Shown here: positions 38,098 through 46,972 of the stretch, one piece after another | Position numbering within the stretch: the stretch's first letter is position 1 | Layout: the number at the start of each line of letters is the position of its first letter | The notes under the pieces: generated by a model | The model's input: the letters and a program-made list of their open reading frames with translations, nothing else | Database searches by the model: none | Told to the model about the DNA's origin: nothing | Made by a program: the position numbers and the translations under genes | Assembly: GCA_036344075.1 (NCBI GenBank) | Contig: JAYYUJ010000018.1 | Span: forward strand, 460 to 64,459 | DNA: 64,000 nt | Source: Pseudomonadota bacterium | Lineage (GTDB): Bacteria > Pseudomonadota > Gammaproteobacteria > Pseudomonadales > UBA7434 | Direction of reading: 5' to 3'

Positions 38098-39843
38098 ATG
38101 TACGATTTAATTATTAAAAATGGACGCATTGTCGATGGCACTGGCAACCCTGCCTTTGATGGTGATATCGCGATAAAAGATGGCTTGGTGGCTAGTCTGG
38201 GTTCAGTCTCACAGCCGGCTAAAAAAACGATTGATGCCGAGGGGCATCTGGTGACGCCTGGTTGGGTGGATACGCACTCACACATGGATGGTCAAGCGAC
38301 TTGGGATCCTTTTTGTAGTCCTGCGAATCACCATGGCATAACGACATTGGTAATGGGTAATTGTGGCATTGGTTTTGCGCCTTGCGAACGAACAGATAAG
38401 GCTCATCAAGATTTAATCGAAGTCGTTGAAGATGTAGAAGACATTCCCGGTACTGCTTTGGCTGAAGGGATTAAATGGAATTGGGAAAGCTTTCCCGAAT
38501 ACCTTGATGCCCTCGATGAAATGCCACGGGCAATTAACGTTGCTGCGCAAGTGCCGCACTGTGCCATTCGCACGTATGTGATGGGCGAAAGGGGGGTTAA
38601 CAATGAACGAGCGACTCCTGAAGATGTCGAGCGCATGGCTGAGTTAGTGGCCGAAGGTATCGAAGCAGGCGGTGTGGGCTTTACTACCTCTCGGACTGAA
38701 TTACATAAAACCCGTAATGGTTTATCGATGCCAGGGACTTACTCAGAAGAAGATGAGTTATTTGGTATTGGCAAGAAGATGGGTGAGATCGGTAAAGGAT
38801 TTTACGGCATGGTGTCTGATTTTGAAGACGATGCTTGGTTAGAAGAAATGGAGTGGGTCAAGCGCCTATCCATTGAAAATAATTGTCGGTTTAATTTTGT
38901 ATTATTTTACCAAACCAATGAACAATGGGAGCGAGTGCAAAAGCAGTTAGCCTTTGTTCGGCAAGCCAATGAAGATGGCGCTCAATTAGTTGCCCACGTC
39001 GGCGCGAGACCAGTCAATGTCTTAATGAGCTATCATGGCACGGTTAATCCATTTTTCATGCATCAAAACTTTGGTCCGTTAACGGCGCTCAGTCCAGAGG
39101 AAAGAATCGAGAAATTAAAAGATCCCGCTGTCCGCTCGGCGATTTTAGCCGAGCCGACTCCGGCGATGGGTATAGAAGCCGCTGATCGCATGGCGACTGA
39201 TTTTCACCTGATGTTTGAACTCGGTGAAGAGCCTGATTATGAGCAAAGCCCCGATCAAAGCATTGCCGCTAAGGCTGAGCGTGCGGGTGTTACGCCACAA
39301 GAGTATGCCTATGATGCCTTGTTAAAGCGTGACGGCGAAGCAATGATATATTTTCCGTTTATGGGTTACGACCAAGGTAATCTTGATCGACAGTTCGAAA
39401 TGCTGAAAGATGAAAACACCGTGATTAGTTTGGCTGACACGGGTGCACACTGCGGTGTCTTATCCGATGCCTCAATGCCAACGTTTTTACTCAGTCATTA
39501 TGCCCGCGATCGAAGTCGCGGCAAGTTGACTATTGAAGAAGCGGTGAAGATGCATACCCAAGAAACAGCCAGGGCGGTTAAGCTAGAAGACCGAGGCACC
39601 TTAGAAGTCGGTATGCGTGCTGATATTAATATTATTGACTTCGATAACCTTCGCGTTTTGGCGCCGCAAGTGATTTATGACCTACCTGCGGGTGGCAAGC
39701 GAGTTTTTCAAAAAGCGATAGGTTATAAGTATACGATTGTGGGTGGCGAAGTGATTATGCAAGATGGCGTTGAAACGGATGCTCGTCCAGGGGCCTTAGT
39801 CCGTGGTGCGCAGCCTGCGCCTAGTAGTATTGTTGCGGCTTGA
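38098..39843 (+). CDS. D-aminoacylase-like (N-acyl-D-amino-acid deacylase family) metal-dependent amidohydrolase
   Basis: It starts MYDLIIKNGRIVDGTG (typical N-terminus) and has GWVDTHSHMDG (HxH metal site). The length is about 580 aa. I prefer the ATG at 38098 over the track's TTG at 38083. Confidence 0.8.
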   Translation: MYDLIIKNGRIVDGTGNPAFDGDIAIKDGLVASLGSVSQPAKKTIDAEGHLVTPGWVDTHSHMDGQATWDPFCSPANHHGITTLVMGNCGIGFAPCERTDKAHQDLIEVVEDVEDIPGTALAEGIKWNWESFPEYLDALDEMPRAINVAAQVPHCAIRTYVMGERGVNNERATPEDVERMAELVAEGIEAGGVGFTTSRTELHKTRNGLSMPGTYSEEDELFGIGKKMGEIGKGFYGMVSDFEDDAWLEEMEWVKRLSIENNCRFNFVLFYQTNEQWERVQKQLAFVRQANEDGAQLVAHVGARPVNVLMSYHGTVNPFFMHQNFGPLTALSPEERIEKLKDPAVRSAILAEPTPAMGIEAADRMATDFHLMFELGEEPDYEQSPDQSIAAKAERAGVTPQEYAYDALLKRDGEAMIYFPFMGYDQGNLDRQFEMLKDENTVISLADTGAHCGVLSDASMPTFLLSHYARDRSRGKLTIEEAVKMHTQETARAVKLEDRGTLEVGMRADINIIDFDNLRVLAPQVIYDLPAGGKRVFQKAIGYKYTIVGGEVIMQDGVETDARPGALVRGAQPAPSSIVAA

Positions 39844-39870
39844 TCTATTCATTTTGCAGTGAGTTAATAT

Positions 39871-39912
39871 AAAAGCCGGCTGATATTTTAGCCGGTTTTT
39901 TATTTATTTTTT
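39871..39912 (+). terminator. Rho-independent terminator after the amidohydrolase gene
   Basis: The sequence is aaaaGCCGGCTgatattttAGCCGGTtttttatttattttttt. It has a 7-bp GC-rich stem, an 8-nt loop and a long T-rich tail. Confidence 0.8.
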
Positions 39913-39935
39913 TAAACCTTTGGGTGTTAAATAAC

Positions 39936-41663
39936 ATGAACAGTCCGTTTGAAGCCTTGGTGACAGCGCGGCAGCAATTACTCCAAGCAGGTTCACCATT
40001 CGAGTTAATGGAACAGCAGCATGACGGCCGCAACTATCAAGTCTATAAATCAGCGCCGCACAATGTTCGCGATGCCTTGGCCGTTGGTCGGCAGCATGGC
40101 GATAACTTATTTTTACAGTATCAAGACGAAGATTGGAGCTTTACTCGTTTCTTCCAGCAGGTCGATGCTATAGCTTTTCAATTAATTCAGCGTTATAAAA
40201 TCACTAAAGGTGATAGGGTCGCTATTGCTATGCGCAACTTCCCCGAGTGGATGACTGCTTACGCGGCTGTCATATCCTTAGGCGCAGTTGTCGTGCCGGT
40301 GAATAGCTGGGGCAAAAAGGACGATTTGGTTTACGTACTGAATGATTGCGGTGCCAAGGTGGTGTTTGCTGACCAGCAGCGTTTTGATTCGATTGAAGAT
40401 GAACTTCAGGCACTGCAATTAAAGGCGGTGGTGGTGCGTAACAGTGGCGCAATCATCAATGACTGTGCCGAGTCATTAGACGATTTCTTGGCTGATGTTG
40501 ACAGTGATCAACTGCCAGCATTGGCTGACTTCAGTTTTCAAATTGACACTTCAGATTGGGCGATGATTTTATATACCTCAGGTACTACCGGTCGGCCCAA
40601 AGGCGCACTGAGCTCGCATCTAAGTATTTGTCAGGCATTAATTAACTTTGAATTTCACGGTGCGCAGTCGGCAATGACTAACGGTGAAACTATTGAAAAA
40701 ATGATGACCAGTGGTTTTCCATCAAAAGCCTTGTTGGCGGTACCGTTATTTCATGTGTCAGGCTTGTATGCACATTTTCTATTATCGTTACGTGGCGGTC
40801 GTTCGATAAATATTATGTACAAGTGGGATCCCACTAAGGCCTTGCAGTTGATAGCTGAACAAAGAATCACGACCTTAAGTGGCGCGCCATCGATGGTGTT
40901 GGATTTACTTGAACACCCTGATTTTGATAGCACTGATACCAGCAGTTTAATGGTGGCCAGCGGTGGCGGAGCGGCAAGTCCGCCTAAGATGGCGCAGTTA
41001 ATAAAAGATAAAATCAGCCATCCTTATCCAGGCAGTGGTTACGGTTTAACAGAAACCAATGCCAGCTGTTGCAGTGGCACGGGCGCCAGCTTTTGGTACA
41101 AGCCGTCTAGCTCGGGCACCTTGTCGCCGATTATAGAATTTAAGACTATTGATGAGAATGGCCAAGATCTGCCAAAAGGTGAGCGCGGTGAGATTTGTAT
41201 TCGTGGTATTTTAATTGCTAACGGTTATTGGAATAACCCTAAAGCATCCGCTGAAAGCTTCATTGACGGCTGGTTTTCAACCGGCGATATTGGTTATCTT
41301 GATGATGAAAATTTCGTTTACGTGGTCGATCGTGCCAAAGATATTATTATTCGTGGCGGTGAAAATATTTCCGCTAACGAAGTCGAAGCCTGTTACTTAG
41401 AGCATCCCGCCGTCAGAGAAGCAGCGGCGTTTTCTGTCGCTCATGACAAGCTCGGTGAGGAGGTGGGCTTAGCGGTGTATTTTAAAGATGGCCAGCAAGC
41501 CAGCCCTGATGAGCTGACTGAGTTTGTCAGCGGGAAGTTGGCGCATTTTAAGGTAGCGGCTCACTATTGGTTGCGCGACCAGCCTTTGCCGCGCAATGCC
41601 GCTAATAAAGTGTTAAAAAAGCAGCTGCGTGACGAGTATCAACAGCAGTGTACTGCCTCATAA
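39936..41663 (+). CDS. AMP-dependent acyl-CoA synthetase/ligase
   Basis: It has the AMP-binding signature LYTSGTTGRPKG, plus GYGLTET, and TGDIGY...VDRAKD and IIRGGENI. I prefer the ATG at 39936 over the GTG at 39924. Confidence 0.9.
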   Translation: MNSPFEALVTARQQLLQAGSPFELMEQQHDGRNYQVYKSAPHNVRDALAVGRQHGDNLFLQYQDEDWSFTRFFQQVDAIAFQLIQRYKITKGDRVAIAMRNFPEWMTAYAAVISLGAVVVPVNSWGKKDDLVYVLNDCGAKVVFADQQRFDSIEDELQALQLKAVVVRNSGAIINDCAESLDDFLADVDSDQLPALADFSFQIDTSDWAMILYTSGTTGRPKGALSSHLSICQALINFEFHGAQSAMTNGETIEKMMTSGFPSKALLAVPLFHVSGLYAHFLLSLRGGRSINIMYKWDPTKALQLIAEQRITTLSGAPSMVLDLLEHPDFDSTDTSSLMVASGGGAASPPKMAQLIKDKISHPYPGSGYGLTETNASCCSGTGASFWYKPSSSGTLSPIIEFKTIDENGQDLPKGERGEICIRGILIANGYWNNPKASAESFIDGWFSTGDIGYLDDENFVYVVDRAKDIIIRGGENISANEVEACYLEHPAVREAAAFSVAHDKLGEEVGLAVYFKDGQQASPDELTEFVSGKLAHFKVAAHYWLRDQPLPRNAANKVLKKQLRDEYQQQCTAS

Positions 41664-41686
41664 CGGTCAACGGAGCCACTAATTAA

Positions 41687-42517
41687 ATGGGCAGGCTGAA
41701 CATCAAACCCTTATCTGGCTGCATTGGCGCAGAGATTCATGGTATTGATCTTACCAAGCCGATCACCCACGAATTGTATATACAGCTGCGTCAGTGCTTG
41801 GTTGAATACGAGGTTATATTTTTTCGTGATCAAGCGATAACGCCCGCCCAGCAGCATGCATTAGCGTCAATGTTTGGGCCTCTTCAATCTCATCCGGCCT
41901 ATCAAACCGTGGAAGGGTTTCCAGAGATTTCTATTCTCGAAAGCACGGCTGATAAGCCGACAAAAATTGAATGTTGGCACAGTGATATGACGTTTCGCCA
42001 GCATCCACCTCTAGCTACCGTATTAAGGGCACAGGTCGTACCGGACAAAGGAGGAGACACGCTTTGGGCGAGTATGACGGCCGCTTATCGAGGCTTGTCT
42101 AAATCCATGCAGGATTTTTTATCGACCCTAACAGCCGTGCATGATTTTAGTTATGGTTTTAAAGAGAGTTTGGCTGAGCCAGGTGGCCAACAACGCCTCG
42201 CTCAAGCGCTCGTCGATAATCCGCCTGTTCGTCATTCGGTGATTCGAATACACCCAGAAAGCGGCAAGTCGGTTATTTTCGTCAACGAGCTATTTACCCG
42301 TCATATTGAAGGGCTCAGTCGATCGGAGAGTGATGCCTTGTTAGCGTTTATTTTTGAGCATATTCGAACGCCTGAGTACAGTTGTCGTTTTTCTTGGCAA
42401 CCGGATAGCATTGCTATTTGGGATAATCGCAGCACACAGCATAAGCCGATCAATGACTACTTTCCTGCTCATCGCCGCTTAGAGCGGATCACGATTGATG
42501 GTGATTTGCCTTATTAG
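41687..42517 (+). CDS. TauD/TfdA-family Fe(II)/2-oxoglutarate-dependent dioxygenase (taurine dioxygenase-like)
   Basis: 276 aa. It has GAEIHGIDL at the N-terminus, WHSDMTF (the HxD iron ligands), and C-terminal IWDNRSTQH and RxxxR. It lies 23 nt downstream of the ligase gene. Confidence 0.85.
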   Translation: MGRLNIKPLSGCIGAEIHGIDLTKPITHELYIQLRQCLVEYEVIFFRDQAITPAQQHALASMFGPLQSHPAYQTVEGFPEISILESTADKPTKIECWHSDMTFRQHPPLATVLRAQVVPDKGGDTLWASMTAAYRGLSKSMQDFLSTLTAVHDFSYGFKESLAEPGGQQRLAQALVDNPPVRHSVIRIHPESGKSVIFVNELFTRHIEGLSRSESDALLAFIFEHIRTPEYSCRFSWQPDSIAIWDNRSTQHKPINDYFPAHRRLERITIDGDLPY

Positions 42518-43232
42518 CGAGTATGAAGTCAATAATCCAGCGACTTGCTGTTTGGTTGTCATGTTGATTGCTCAATGAGCGCATCGCATGTTGATACTGT
42601 GCTGGTTGATAGAGGGCCTCACGACTGCGGTATAGTGCCTCTGCAAATTCAACAGTAAATTCGGGATGGCCCTGAAAGCTTAAAATATGATGGCCAATAT
42701 TGGCAATAGCATACTTACAGTTAATGGAAGATCCCAAGATAGTCGCTTCAGGCGCGGGCGCGACAATTTGATCTTGATGACAGTAAATGAGATGTAAGCG
42801 ATCCTTTTCTTCTTTCGCTTGGCCATTCAGCTCGGTGGCTTGTAAACCAATATTCCAGCCTCGCGGGTGTTTGGCCACCGTCCCCCCTAATGCTTGGGCA
42901 ATAATTTGATGGCCAAAGCATAAGCCAATAATCGTTTGTTGCTGCTGATGCAGGCGGCGTATGAGCGCTTCGAGTTCGCTGATCCACGCTAGCGATTCAT
43001 AGGCGCTATGGCGACTACCAGTAATGAAGTAAGCATCGAAAACATCTTTATCGCTAGGAAACTCGCCCTTAGTGACCGAGTAAGATTGGTGGTCGAACTC
43101 GAGGTTATTATAGGGTTTGGTAGCTAAGCTATGGGCTAGTAAGGTGTGAATCATCGCCGGATACTGCCCAAATGGCCGGGCCATTGTTGGGCTAATAATA
43201 TCGGTTTGTAAGATACAAATAGAGAGCTGCAT
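42489..43232 (-). CDS. Class I glutamine amidotransferase-like protein (GATase1, COG0518 type)
   Basis: 247 aa. It has the nucleophile elbow GLCFGHQ and the His/Glu of the triad in FQGHPEF. Its 3' end overlaps the 3' end of the convergent TauD-like gene by 29 nt. Confidence 0.8.
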   Translation of the reverse strand: MQLSICILQTDIISPTMARPFGQYPAMIHTLLAHSLATKPYNNLEFDHQSYSVTKGEFPSDKDVFDAYFITGSRHSAYESLAWISELEALIRRLHQQQQTIIGLCFGHQIIAQALGGTVAKHPRGWNIGLQATELNGQAKEEKDRLHLIYCHQDQIVAPAPEATILGSSINCKYAIANIGHHILSFQGHPEFTVEFAEALYRSREALYQPAQYQHAMRSLSNQHDNQTASRWIIDFILANKANHHQS

Positions 43233-43240
43233 TTTATCAC

Positions 43241-44629
43241 TCAGTTTTCCAATAGAAATGATTTCAATTGCACCAATGATTGGTAGCCAAATGTGGACAG
43301 GCTTGCACCTTTGCCGGTGTCTTTGACGCCCGTCCAGACCAGCGAGGGGTCAAGATAATCACAGCGATTCATGAAGATAGTGCCCGCCTCAATGCGATTG
43401 CCCAGTTGTTCCACCTGTCGGCGGTCTTGCGACCAGAGTGAGGCTGTCAAGCCGTATTGACTGTCATTCATAAATTGTACTGCCTCATTATCATTACTGA
43501 CCGGCATAATACCAACAGTCGGGCCAAAACTTTCCTCACGCATCACGTTCATACTGTGGTTCACGTCGATCAAAACCTGTGGGGCCAGATACGCCCCTTG
43601 ATCATTTGTGGGTGTAAAGTGCTGGCTGTCAATGCAGGCCGTTGCACCGGCCTTGATAGCTTGCTCATTTTGCTGTCGCACCCAATCAGCGGCTTTAGCA
43701 TTCACTAACGGGCCTAGCGTCACGGCTGGGTCTAAGGGATTACCCATCTGGTAGCGACAAACTTCGCTGACATAGGCATCGACAAAGGGTTTAAATAAGG
43801 GCTTTGCAACGTAGATGCGCTCTATGCCACAACACGATTGCCCTGAATTAAAAAAAGCACCGTCAACCAAGTGGCGGACGGCTTTTTCTATATCGGCATC
43901 GGCTCGCACATAGGCGGCATCTTTACCGCCTAACTCTAAGGTCAGTCCTTTAAAGCGGCCGGCAAGGGCCTTTTCTACCGTTTTCCCGGCGGTGACTGAG
44001 CCGGTAAAACAGCAGTAATCAATGTCGCCTTGATGCAGTAATTGTTCGGTTTGATTATGGTCGAGGCACAGGGCTTGGATTAAATCCTTGGGCGCGCCTG
44101 CGGCGCTAAAGCTGTTAACAAAGTGCTCGGCGACTAAAGGTGTTTGAATAGAAGGTTTTAGAATAATGCTATTGCCTGCCATTAGCCCAGCAAAGACTGA
44201 ATTAGCGGTGGTCAATAACGGGTAATTCCAAGGCGCAATAATCAATAGTGTTCCGAGGGGGTGCTTACGAATCAGTCTTCGCTTGTGATAATTATCTTCG
44301 ATAACGGTATCGGCAAGCGCTTCAGTCGCTAGATCAATCATGCCATTAGCCCGTTCAGCCAGACCGTTGACTTCATTGGGGCTATAAGCAATTGGACGGC
44401 CCATTTGCTGGGTAATTTGTTGGCCAATCATGGCTTTATTGTCAATAAAGTAAACGATGGCTTTACGACAAACATACGCTTTTTCAACGAGAGAAAACTC
44501 GGCCCATTGACGCTGTGCCATGCGGGATTTTTTTAACGCGGTAGAAATACTTACTTGATCAGCATAAGGCTGTTCAAAGACCAATGCATTGTCAATGGGA
44601 GAGTAGGTTTTAGCTAGCATGGGTTTCAA
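43241..44629 (-). CDS. NAD(P)-dependent aldehyde dehydrogenase
   Basis: 462 aa. It has ELGGKDA (catalytic Glu), FFNSGQSCCGIERIYV (catalytic Cys), and EESFGP. Confidence 0.9.
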   Translation of the reverse strand: MKPMLAKTYSPIDNALVFEQPYADQVSISTALKKSRMAQRQWAEFSLVEKAYVCRKAIVYFIDNKAMIGQQITQQMGRPIAYSPNEVNGLAERANGMIDLATEALADTVIEDNYHKRRLIRKHPLGTLLIIAPWNYPLLTTANSVFAGLMAGNSIILKPSIQTPLVAEHFVNSFSAAGAPKDLIQALCLDHNQTEQLLHQGDIDYCCFTGSVTAGKTVEKALAGRFKGLTLELGGKDAAYVRADADIEKAVRHLVDGAFFNSGQSCCGIERIYVAKPLFKPFVDAYVSEVCRYQMGNPLDPAVTLGPLVNAKAADWVRQQNEQAIKAGATACIDSQHFTPTNDQGAYLAPQVLIDVNHSMNVMREESFGPTVGIMPVSNDNEAVQFMNDSQYGLTASLWSQDRRQVEQLGNRIEAGTIFMNRCDYLDPSLVWTGVKDTGKGASLSTFGYQSLVQLKSFLLEN

Positions 44630-44636
44630 TTTTCTA

Positions 44637-46067
44637 TCAGTAACGGTGCAGATAATCCGCTAAGTCTTTCTTTATTTCTGGCGCATATAAATATAAACCA
44701 ATGATATTAGGCACGGCAATTAAAAACACCATCGAGTCTGAGAAGTTTAAAATAGACGATAACTCGACGGTACAGCCAAGCGCAATGAAACTACAAAACA
44801 AGCCTTTAAAAAATAATTGTGATGCCGCACTTTCACCCACGAGATAAGACCACGCTTTTAACCCGTAATAAGACCATGCGATGGCGGTACTGAAGGCAAA
44901 CAATAATGCAGCGATGCCCAGTAAAATAGGCGACCAGCTAATATGATGAGCAAAGGCTGCCGATGTTAATGCAATACCTTCAAGCCCAAGATGGCTTTCC
45001 ATCAAGCCATTGGGGTAGGCGGTGGTGACAATCACCAGTGAGGTGATGGTGCAAATAACAATGGTGTCAATGAACGGCTCTAAGAGAGAAACTAAACCTT
45101 CAGAAACCGGCTCATTAGTTTTGACTGCTGAGTGTGCAATTGACGCTGAACCAATGCCGGCTTCATTCGAAAAAAGGGCGCGCTGAAAGCCAATGATAAT
45201 TGCGCCAATCATGCCACCCTGGACACTGTCAAAAGAAAAGGCGCTGGTGAAGATCAGTTGTATTGCACTTAGCAGATGCTCGGCACTTAAGCCGATAATG
45301 AAAATTGCTGATACGCAGTAAATAATCGCCATTAAGGGGACGAGTTTTGCCGCAACGCGTGCAATAGAACGGATACCGCCAATGATGACAGCGGCAACGA
45401 CTAGCGCGAGTAATACGCCAAATAGCCAACCGCGTTCGGCAAATAAGCTATCAGTGCCCCCGGTAATATTGACAATTTGCACATAGGCTTGATTCGATTG
45501 AAACATGTTACCAATACCTAAGCAACCTATCACCAGCGCTAAGGCATAAAAGCCGCCTAGTAACTTTCCCATCAATGGTCGGTTTCGGTCAACGAAATAA
45601 TGTTCAAGGTAGTGCATGGGGCCACCCGAAACTGAGCCGTCAGCATTGACCTGGCGGTATTTAACGCCAAGCGTGCACTCAACAAACTTAGTCGACATGG
45701 CGAGAAAGCCAGCCACGACCAGCCAAAATGCCGCGCCAGGACCGCCGACCGCAATTGCAACGGCAACACCTCCAATATTCCCGACACCTACCGTGCCGGA
45801 TATAGCAGTGGATAGCGCTTGAAAATGCGAGATTTCACCTGAATCAGCGCTTTGATGGGCTTTGCCCCTAACTATGGCCAGCGCCCGTGTAAAACCGCGA
45901 AGGTTAATAAAGCCAAAGTAGATGGTGAATAGGCATGCAGCAATCGCTAGCCATAGAACGATCAGTGGGACATCATGGCCCATTAGTTGCCAATGGTAAA
46001 ATACCACGGCAGAAAGTTTTTCTGCGAGAGGGCTAAAAAATGCTTCTACTTGCTGGTCAAGGGACAT
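44637..46067 (-). CDS. Alanine/glycine:cation symporter (AGCS) family transporter
   Basis: 476 aa and polytopic. It has FQALSTAISGTVGVGNIGGVAVAI and FSNEAGIGSASIAHSA, which are AGCS signatures. Confidence 0.9.
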   Translation of the reverse strand: MSLDQQVEAFFSPLAEKLSAVVFYHWQLMGHDVPLIVLWLAIAACLFTIYFGFINLRGFTRALAIVRGKAHQSADSGEISHFQALSTAISGTVGVGNIGGVAVAIAVGGPGAAFWLVVAGFLAMSTKFVECTLGVKYRQVNADGSVSGGPMHYLEHYFVDRNRPLMGKLLGGFYALALVIGCLGIGNMFQSNQAYVQIVNITGGTDSLFAERGWLFGVLLALVVAAVIIGGIRSIARVAAKLVPLMAIIYCVSAIFIIGLSAEHLLSAIQLIFTSAFSFDSVQGGMIGAIIIGFQRALFSNEAGIGSASIAHSAVKTNEPVSEGLVSLLEPFIDTIVICTITSLVIVTTAYPNGLMESHLGLEGIALTSAAFAHHISWSPILLGIAALLFAFSTAIAWSYYGLKAWSYLVGESAASQLFFKGLFCSFIALGCTVELSSILNFSDSMVFLIAVPNIIGLYLYAPEIKKDLADYLHRY

Positions 46068-46357
46068 TCATTTTCCTACCTTGTGATTTTGTATGGGTTG
46101 ATAATGCATCGGTTATATTGATGGTTGATGGTTTAGATGGCATAAATATTAAATGAATGAATGAAAAATAAGTTATGATTCTCCTCAAGATTCTAAGATT
46201 TCATTGATTTAACCTAATCTAGTTTAAAGCTATCTACAACCGGAAGCTAGTGAGTGATATTTAGTCAGCCAAGTTAATCCGCTGTTTCAGCTAGGCTGCG
46301 CCTTTGTTGAACTCGTTAGCCTTGCAGTTATAATTGAAGAAAACTTAAGGAGTTATT

Positions 46358-46927
46358 ATGACTTACCTACATAATTTAGTTAGACATTTATTCCTTGTCA
46401 TCGTGAGCTTGATTCATGTTCAGGCCATTGCGAATGAAATTGCTTTGTCAATTAATGAAGAATTGATCGACTTTAGAATGACAAGCCACCTGCAACAAAA
46501 TTTTGCGGGTGAATTAGCCATTATGCACACGGATTTTGAGGATAATGGCGCTGATCAAATTAGTTACCGTTTTTATAATCAAGACGAAGTAGGTAGCGTT
46601 AACTTTGAGTTGGGTGCACGCTTCTATTGGTTAGATGCTGACGCGCCAGACGGTCAAGGCGTTGATGGCCATGGTCTGACACTTGATATTGGCAGCAATT
46701 ATCAGTTAAGCGATGTTTTCTTGTTTGAGATTAATTTCAGTTACGCACCCGATATCATTACTGGCGGTGATTTTGAAAATATCACTGAATGGGATGCGCG
46801 TCTAAGTTATCAGTTAGTAGAGAAAGGCAGTCTTTTTGTTGGCTTACGTAATTTAGAAGTCGACACCGGCGAGCAAGATTTTGATGTTTACGATGATGCC
46901 TATTTTGGTCTTAAATTTGAATTTTAA
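46358..46927 (+). CDS. YfaZ-family small outer-membrane beta-barrel protein
   Basis: 189 aa with a signal peptide. The C-terminal half FSYAPDIITGG...ARLSYQL...GLRNLEV...YFGLKFEF parallels E. coli YfaZ as I remember it (YYYSPDSLSSG...GYRYLNL...VGVNASF), including the terminal Phe. Confidence 0.55.
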   Translation: MTYLHNLVRHLFLVIVSLIHVQAIANEIALSINEELIDFRMTSHLQQNFAGELAIMHTDFEDNGADQISYRFYNQDEVGSVNFELGARFYWLDADAPDGQGVDGHGLTLDIGSNYQLSDVFLFEINFSYAPDIITGGDFENITEWDARLSYQLVEKGSLFVGLRNLEVDTGEQDFDVYDDAYFGLKFEF

Positions 46928-46972
46928 ATAACACAATTAATAATTTTAATAATTAATGCAAAGAGAGCAAAA

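Noticed and set aside
46068-46972. A SAM-type riboswitch upstream of the yfaZ-like/metY pair.
   Set aside because: I recognised no SAM-II or SAM-I conserved core. The metY leader is only 45 nt. I cannot support the call from sequence alone.
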